Positions 58,534 through 64,000 of a stretch of DNA of 64,000 nt are shown here, piece by piece. A program made the translations under genes and the position numbers. Position 1 is the stretch's first letter, and every line of letters starts with the position of its first letter. The notes under the pieces were generated by a model, which was given only the letters and a program-made list of their open reading frames with translations, did no database searches and was not told where the DNA came from. Location of the stretch: positions 1,152,001 through 1,216,000 of the forward strand of contig CAVVHE010000004.1 in the NCBI GenBank assembly GCA_963748015.1. Direction: 5' to 3'. Origin of the DNA: Terriglobia bacterium (lineage in GTDB: Bacteria > Acidobacteriota > Polarisedimenticolia > Polarisedimenticolales > JAIQFR01).

Positions 58534-58773
58534 TTACTTCTTTGCCGCGGGGCGCCGGACCTTGGGCCCGGCCTTGGACCCGGCCTTGGACCCGGCCTTG
58601 GGTCCGGCCTTGGGCCCGGCCCAGGGCGCGGCCTTCGGGGCGGCCGCGTCCCTCAACTCGCGGACGATCTTTGGCGGCACCCGGAACAGCACCACCAAGG
58701 GCACGTGGCCGCTGTCCAGGAGTTTCCGCACCTCGTCCGGGGTCGGTTTGTCGAGACGGAGTAGAAACGCCAC
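58534..58773 (-). CDS. Small protein with a Lys/Ala-rich KAG(P/S) tail
   Basis: 79-aa ORF with a plausible globular N-terminus and a repeat-encoded basic tail. Confidence 0.5.
   Translation of the reverse strand: MAFLLRLDKPTPDEVRKLLDSGHVPLVVLFRVPPKIVRELRDAAAPKAAPWAGPKAGPKAGSKAGSKAGPKVRRPAAKK
58561..58620. repeat. 12-bp tandem repeat, 5 copies (cttggRYccggc)
   Basis: cttgggcccggc cttggacccggc cttggacccggc cttgggtccggc cttgggcccggc. Confidence 0.9.
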
Positions 58774-58863
58774 GGCGTCCCCCTAGCTCTTGCGAAGCCC
58801 GGCCGCGATCGAGAGCCGGACCCGCCCGCTGGAAATCAGAATGTCGCAGCGCGGCCCCGGCCG

Positions 58864-59955
58864 TCAAGCGAGGGGGCGGATCCAGCCGCCGCCGAGGACG
58901 AGGTCTCCGTCGTAGGCGACGGCGGCCTGGCCGGGGGCGATCGCCCGCTGCGGCTCGTCGAAGCGGACGAGGGCGGTGCCATCGCCCGCGTCCTCGATCG
59001 TCGCGGGAGCGCCGGCGTGTGTCGAGCGGATCCTCACGGTCGCGCGGAGCGGGCCGCCGGGGCGCTCGAAGGGTATCCAGCGGACGCGCTCGATCGTGCA
59101 GCGGTCGCCGAGCAGGTCGTCGTTGCCGCCGACCACGACGCGCCGGGTCTCCTCCTCGATCCGCACGACGTAAAGAGGATGCCCCGCGGCGAGGCCGAGG
59201 CCGCGGCGCTGCCCGACCGTGAATCCGTCAATCCCCTCGTGGCGCGCGAGCGGCCGTCCCTCGACGTCCACGATCTCCCCCGGCTCCATCCCCGCTTCCC
59301 CTCGGCGGCGGGTCACGAAGTCGCGGTAGCTCTCCCCCCGGCTCAGGAAGCAGAGGTCCATGGACTCGGCCTTCTCCGCGACGGCGAGGCCGAGTTCGCG
59401 GGCCGTCTCCCGGACCTCGACCTTCGTCATGCGCCCGAGCGGGAACTCCGCCGCGCGCCGCTGCTCGTCGGAGAGATCGAACAGGAAGTACGACTGGTCC
59501 TTCCCCTCGTCCCTCGCCTTCCGCAGCAGCGTCCGCCCGCTCCGAGGGTCGCGCTCCAGGATCGCGTAGTGGCCGGTCGCGACACCCGAAGCACCGACCG
59601 CGCGCGCCTTGTCGAGCAGCGCGCCGAACTTCACGTGGGTGTTGCAGAGCACGCAGGGGGACGGCGTCCGCCCACGAGCGTAGTCCGCGGTGAACGGCTC
59701 GAGCACGAGGCGGCGGAACTCCCCCTCCATCTCGAGGACGTGGTGCGGGAAGCCGAGGCGGGCCGCGACTTGCCGCGCGTCCTGGCAGTCGTCGAGCGAA
59801 CAGCAGCGGACCTTCTCGCCGGGCCGCCCCTCGTGGCGCGGCGCCAGGTACATCGAGAAGCCGACGATCGGCCTCCCCTCCCGGGCGAGGATCGCCGCGG
59901 CGACGGAGCTGTCCACCCCGCCGCTCATCGCCACGGCCGTCAGCGTCCCGCTCAC
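58864..59955 (-). CDS. mnmA: tRNA 2-thiouridine synthase MnmA
   Basis: [33 protein letters not shown] and PGQAAV. GTG start. Confidence 0.96.
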   Translation of the reverse strand: MSGTLTAVAMSGGVDSSVAAAILAREGRPIVGFSMYLAPRHEGRPGEKVRCCSLDDCQDARQVAARLGFPHHVLEMEGEFRRLVLEPFTADYARGRTPSPCVLCNTHVKFGALLDKARAVGASGVATGHYAILERDPRSGRTLLRKARDEGKDQSYFLFDLSDEQRRAAEFPLGRMTKVEVRETARELGLAVAEKAESMDLCFLSRGESYRDFVTRRRGEAGMEPGEIVDVEGRPLARHEGIDGFTVGQRRGLGLAAGHPLYVVRIEEETRRVVVGGNDDLLGDRCTIERVRWIPFERPGGPLRATVRIRSTHAGAPATIEDAGDGTALVRFDEPQRAIAPGQAAVAYDGDLVLGGGWIRPLA

Positions 59956-60060
59956 CCCGGTCCCCTTCCCCTTTCCCCGCCCCCGCGGGGCTCGCGCGGC
60001 CGTCTCTGACGTCCGCGGGCTTCGTGTGTTAGAGTAGCGGCTTCGCCCGGGAGACGCCAA

Positions 60061-63045
60061 GTGTCGAAGAACGTTGAACTTAAGAACACGATCAACCTCC
60101 CGAGGACCGAGTTCCCGATGAAGGCGGACCTGCCGCGCCGGGAGCCGACGATCCTCGAGTGGTGGGACCGGATCGACGCCTACCGCAAGGTGCGCGAGGC
60201 CCGGCGCGGGCTGCCCCCGTTCGTCCTCCACGACGGCCCTCCCTACGCCAACGGGAACATCCACCTCGGCCAGGCGCTGAACAAGATCCTGAAGGACATC
60301 GTGGTCAAGTCCCGCTCGATGATGGGGCACGACGCCCCGTACGTCCCGGGCTGGGACTGCCACGGCCTCCCGATCGAGCACCGAGTCGACAAGGAGCTGG
60401 GCGGCGCCAAGGCGAAGATGGCGCCGCTCGAGGTGCGCGAGCGCTGCCGCGCGTACGCGGAGAACTACATCGGGATCCAGCGCGAGGAGTTCGTCCGCCT
60501 CGGCGTCCTCTGGGACCGCGCGCTCGACCGGAAGGAAGAGGCGGAGGGCGCCCCGAGCCGGCGCGCGATCTACCGGACGATCGACCGGACGTACGAGGCC
60601 GAGGTCGTGCGGCAGCTCGGCCGGTTCTTCACGAAGGGGGCGGTGTACTTCGGCGAGAAGCCGGTGCACTGGTGCTACTCGTGCAGGACCGCGCTCGCCG
60701 AGGCCGAGGTCGAGTACGAGAACCGGACGGACCCGTCCATCTACGTGAAGTTCCCGGTGCGGGGCCTCGAGGCGAAGGTGCCGGCACTCGCAGGCCGCCG
60801 CGTGTCGGTCGTCGCGTGGACGACGACGCCGTGGACCCTCCCCGCGAACCTCGCGGTCTGCCTCCATCCGGACTTCGTCTACGTCGCGGCGGAGGTCGGG
60901 GCCGACACCTTCATCGTCGCCGAGGGGCTGTTCCAGGCGGTCGCGACGGCCCTCGGCTGGGGATCCCCGAAGATCGTCGCCAAGGCTACGGGGCGCGAGC
61001 TGGTCGGCGAGGGAGCCGACTGGATCGGGACGCAGGCCCCCGTCGAGCGGCCCTACTCGTCCCCCTCCGGCCCCGCGGCGGGGACCGGCGTGCTGATCCT
61101 CGGCGATCACGTGACGCTCGACGCGGGGACCGGCTGCGTGCACACCGCGCCGGGACACGGCGCCGAGGACTTCGCGGTCGGACAGGTCTACGGGCTCCCC
61201 CCCTTCAACCCGGTCGGCGACGACGGAAGGTTCCTGGCCGACCGCGTCGGCCCCGACTGGCAGAAGGGCGCGTTCGTGCTCGAGGCCAACGCGAAGATCG
61301 TGGACGACCTCGAGGCGCGCGGCCTCCTCCTGCGCCACGACCCGTGCGACCACACCTACCCGCACTGCTGGCGCTGCAAGAACCCGGTGCTGTTCCGCGC
61401 GACCCCGCAGTGGTTCATCTCGCTCGCGGCCGACGGGCTGCGCGACAAGGCGGTCGCCGAGATCCGCGGCTCCAGCTGGATCCCGTCCTTCGGCGAGGAG
61501 CGGATCGCGCAGATGGTCGCCAACCGCCCGGACTGGTGCATCTCGCGGCAGCGGACCTGGGGGGTGCCGATCCCCCTCGTCGCGTGCGGGAGCTGCTTCC
61601 CCGACCAAGCGGACGCGTTCGTGCGCGACCCGGCGTTCTTCGAGCATCTCGAGCGGCTGTTCCTCGCCGAGGGCTCGAACGCCTGGTTCGGGGTCCCCGA
61701 CGGGAAGGGGCACCGGCCCTACGCGAGCCGGGACGAGCGCCTCTCGCGTCTCGTCCCCGCGGCCGTCGCCTGCCCGGCGTGCGGCAAGCGCGACCGTCTC
61801 GAGTTCCAGGAGCACATCGTGGACGTCTGGTTCGAGTCGGGCGTGTCCCACGCGGCCGTCCTCGGCCGGGACGCGGCGCTCCCCTGGCCCTCGGATCTCT
61901 ACCTCGAGGGCCACGACCAGTACCGCGGGTGGTTCCACTCCTCGCTGCTCGTCGCGGTGAACGATCGCGGGCGCGCCCCCTACCGCGGCGTGCTCACCCA
62001 CGGCTTCACCCTCGACGGCGACGGGAAGAAGATGTCGAAGTCGCTCGGGAACACGATCTCGCCGATCGACGTGGCCAGCCAGCGCGGCGCCGACATCCTG
62101 CGCCTCTGGGTGAGCATGGTGGACTTCCTCGAGGACATGCGATTGTCCCCGGAGATCCTCGACCGGAACGCGGAGGCCTACCGGAAGATCCGGAACACCT
62201 TCCGCTACCTCCTCGGCAACCTCGACGGGTTCGATCCCGCGAAGGACCAGGTCCCGTGCTCCGAGATGGAGGAGATCGACCGGTGGGCCCTCCACCAGTT
62301 GGAGGCGCTGCGGCAGAGGCTCCTCGCGGCCTACGGCTCGCACCAGTACCACCAGGTGTACCACGGCCTCCACTACTTCTGCGCGGTGACGCTGTCGTCG
62401 TTCTACCTCGACGTCCTGAAGGACCGCCTCTACACGGCCCCGCGCCGATCGACCGCGCGGCGCTCGGCGCAGACGGCGCTCTACCGCCTCGCGATGGACC
62501 TCGACCGTCTCCTGGCCCCGCTCCTCTGCTTCACCGCCGAGGAGGTCTGGCAGGAGCTCGAGTCGCTCCACGGCCGCGAGCGCTGGGGCGACTCCACCGT
62601 TCACGCGCAGCGCTTCCCGGAGCCGCTGTCGCTGCCGGAGGAAGCGGACCTCCTGGAGCGGTGGGACCGGCTGCTGCGCTTCCGCGTCGAGATCCAGAAG
62701 GCGCTCGAGGCCGAGCGCGCCGCGAAGAAGATCGGGAGCTCGCTCGAGGCGAAGGTGCGGATCGAGGCGTCCCCCGAGGCCGTCGAGTTCCTGAGCTCCT
62801 TCGGCGACGGGCTGAGGTACCTGCTCATCACGTCCGGGGTCGAGTTCGGAGCGGTCGCGGACGGAGCCCTTCGGGCCGATCTCGAGGGCGGGCTCGGCAT
62901 CGAGGTCGCCCGCGCGGACGGCGAGAAGTGCTCGCGATGCTGGAACTTCACCGCCGACGTCGGCTCGGACACGGAAGTACCCGGCGTCTGCGGGCGCTGC
63001 GCGACGGCGGTGCACGAGATCCTGGGATCGTCGGGGCCGGCATGA
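60061..63045 (+). CDS. ileS: Isoleucine--tRNA ligase
   Basis: [12 protein letters not shown] (HIGH variant), [22 protein letters not shown] and a C-terminal zinc finger. Confidence 0.98.
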   Translation: MSKNVELKNTINLPRTEFPMKADLPRREPTILEWWDRIDAYRKVREARRGLPPFVLHDGPPYANGNIHLGQALNKILKDIVVKSRSMMGHDAPYVPGWDCHGLPIEHRVDKELGGAKAKMAPLEVRERCRAYAENYIGIQREEFVRLGVLWDRALDRKEEAEGAPSRRAIYRTIDRTYEAEVVRQLGRFFTKGAVYFGEKPVHWCYSCRTALAEAEVEYENRTDPSIYVKFPVRGLEAKVPALAGRRVSVVAWTTTPWTLPANLAVCLHPDFVYVAAEVGADTFIVAEGLFQAVATALGWGSPKIVAKATGRELVGEGADWIGTQAPVERPYSSPSGPAAGTGVLILGDHVTLDAGTGCVHTAPGHGAEDFAVGQVYGLPPFNPVGDDGRFLADRVGPDWQKGAFVLEANAKIVDDLEARGLLLRHDPCDHTYPHCWRCKNPVLFRATPQWFISLAADGLRDKAVAEIRGSSWIPSFGEERIAQMVANRPDWCISRQRTWGVPIPLVACGSCFPDQADAFVRDPAFFEHLERLFLAEGSNAWFGVPDGKGHRPYASRDERLSRLVPAAVACPACGKRDRLEFQEHIVDVWFESGVSHAAVLGRDAALPWPSDLYLEGHDQYRGWFHSSLLVAVNDRGRAPYRGVLTHGFTLDGDGKKMSKSLGNTISPIDVASQRGADILRLWVSMVDFLEDMRLSPEILDRNAEAYRKIRNTFRYLLGNLDGFDPAKDQVPCSEMEEIDRWALHQLEALRQRLLAAYGSHQYHQVYHGLHYFCAVTLSSFYLDVLKDRLYTAPRRSTARRSAQTALYRLAMDLDRLLAPLLCFTAEEVWQELESLHGRERWGDSTVHAQRFPEPLSLPEEADLLERWDRLLRFRVEIQKALEAERAAKKIGSSLEAKVRIEASPEAVEFLSSFGDGLRYLLITSGVEFGAVADGALRADLEGGLGIEVARADGEKCSRCWNFTADVGSDTEVPGVCGRCATAVHEILGSSGPA

Positions 63046-63635
63046 CGTTGCTCACGGCGATCGGACGGCGGCGGGGATACTTCGGCCTGGCGGCCGTCGT
63101 CCTCGTGCTCGACCAGGCGTCGAAGATCGCGGCCGACCGGCTACTCCGGGGGCGGGGACCCGTTACCGTCATCCCGGACTTCTTCAACCTCTGGTACTCC
63201 CGGAATCGCGGGGGACTGTTCGGCTACTTCGCCGGCTGGCCGGACCCGTGGCGCACCCTGCTGCTCACGGTCTTCCCGCTCCTCGCGGTGGGTGCCATCG
63301 TCGTCTTCCTCGCCAAGACCGACGAGCCCGACCGGCGCACGATGGCCGGCCTCGCCGCGATCCTGGGCGGCGCCGCCGGGAACCTGATCGATCGCGCGTT
63401 CCGCGGCGAGGTCGTGGACTTCCTCGACGCCTACGTGTCGCACGAGGGCATCGCGCAGTGGCTCGTGGACCGGTTCGGCACCGCCCACTGGCCCACCTTC
63501 AACCTCGCGGATTCCGCGATCGTCGTCGGCGCCGGCCTGCTGCTGCTGGACCTCTTCCTGCCCGACCACTCCGAGAGTCCCACGACCGAGACCTCAACCG
63601 GCGGGCCGGCGGGCGATTCGCCCGGCGGGGAGTAG
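63042..63635 (+). CDS. lspA: Signal peptidase II
   Basis: [23 protein letters not shown] and FNLADS. ATGA overlap with ileS. Confidence 0.96.
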   Translation: MTLLTAIGRRRGYFGLAAVVLVLDQASKIAADRLLRGRGPVTVIPDFFNLWYSRNRGGLFGYFAGWPDPWRTLLLTVFPLLAVGAIVVFLAKTDEPDRRTMAGLAAILGGAAGNLIDRAFRGEVVDFLDAYVSHEGIAQWLVDRFGTAHWPTFNLADSAIVVGAGLLLLDLFLPDHSESPTTETSTGGPAGDSPGGE

Positions 63636-63644
63636 ACTTCGACC

Positions 63645-64000
63645 ATGCACCCGATCCTGCTGGACTTCGGAACCCACGACCTTCCGTTCCTCGGGACGAC
63701 GCACCTGTTCCTCCCGACCTACGGTCTCCTGTTCGCGTCGGGGGTCGTCCTGGCGTGGTGGTGGTTCCTCCGCCGGGCCGCAGGCCTCGGCGTCAACCCC
63801 GACCGGGCCTTCAACCTGACGTTCTACACGCTGGTGGGCGGGCTCATCGGCGCGAAGGCCAGCCTGGTGGTCGTCGAGTGGCGCTACTTCCTCGCGAACC
63901 CCGCCGAGCTCCTGGGCACGCTTCGCAGCGCCGGGGTGCTGATGGGCGGCCTCCTCGTGGGCGCCGCGGTGTTCGTGCTCTACGTCTTCCGCCAGAAGCT
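63645..64000 (+). CDS. lgt: Prolipoprotein diacylglyceryl transferase, N-terminal part (runs off the window end)
   Basis: MHPILLDFG..TYGLL..GGLIGAK..GVLMGG, directly after lspA. Confidence 0.85.
   Translation, partial: MHPILLDFGTHDLPFLGTTHLFLPTYGLLFASGVVLAWWWFLRRAAGLGVNPDRAFNLTFYTLVGGLIGAKASLVVVEWRYFLANPAELLGTLRSAGVLMGGLLVGAAVFVLYVFRQK

Noticed and set aside
60259..60273. IleRS HLGQ instead of HIGH as a mupirocin-resistance sign
   Set aside because: Natural variation of the motif. The protein is the ordinary type with a C-terminal zinc finger in the standard ileS-lspA context.
58864..63015. Very long antisense or alternative-frame ORFs (e.g. 1383 aa here; also 10314..13472, 17644..20088, 36608..39403, 60159..63635)
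   Set aside because: These are shadows of real genes in high-GC DNA. Only the terminal parts matching mnmA and lspA are real.

Overview
Very GC-rich bacterial chromosomal window, most likely Acidobacteriota (inferred from the GWxTD protein and the Kelch/MopE/TSP3 surface protein). The first 13.5 kb hold an accessory multiheme-cytochrome cluster: five cytochromes with about 44 predicted heme sites, an outer-membrane beta-barrel and two NHL-propeller lipoproteins. It includes a tetraheme protein with the motif pattern of the Geobacter OmcE nanowire cytochrome and a 1221-aa octaheme protein with Cys-rich repeats and PKD domains. The cluster sits between the normally paired archease and rtcB genes. 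The rest is mostly housekeeping: rnr, tRNA-Leu, aspartate aminotransferase fusion, flotillin, PEPCK, ruvX, maf, gcvT/H/PA/PB, ccsA-hemACD, comEA, rseP-dxr-cdsA-uppS, galE, truA, ldcA, rnpB, tsaC, a c-di-GMP/two-component module, tRNA-Gly, mnmA and ileS-lspA-lgt. Signals the ORF track misses are a UGA-readthrough selenoprotein (CGU motif plus SECIS-like hairpin), two genes split by single-base homopolymer frameshifts (the porin and comEA), a 176-bp element with perfect 31-bp terminal inverted repeats, and a consensus sigma-54 promoter. No CRISPR array, rRNA, integrase or transposase was seen. Similarities to named proteins come from recalled motifs, not from searches.
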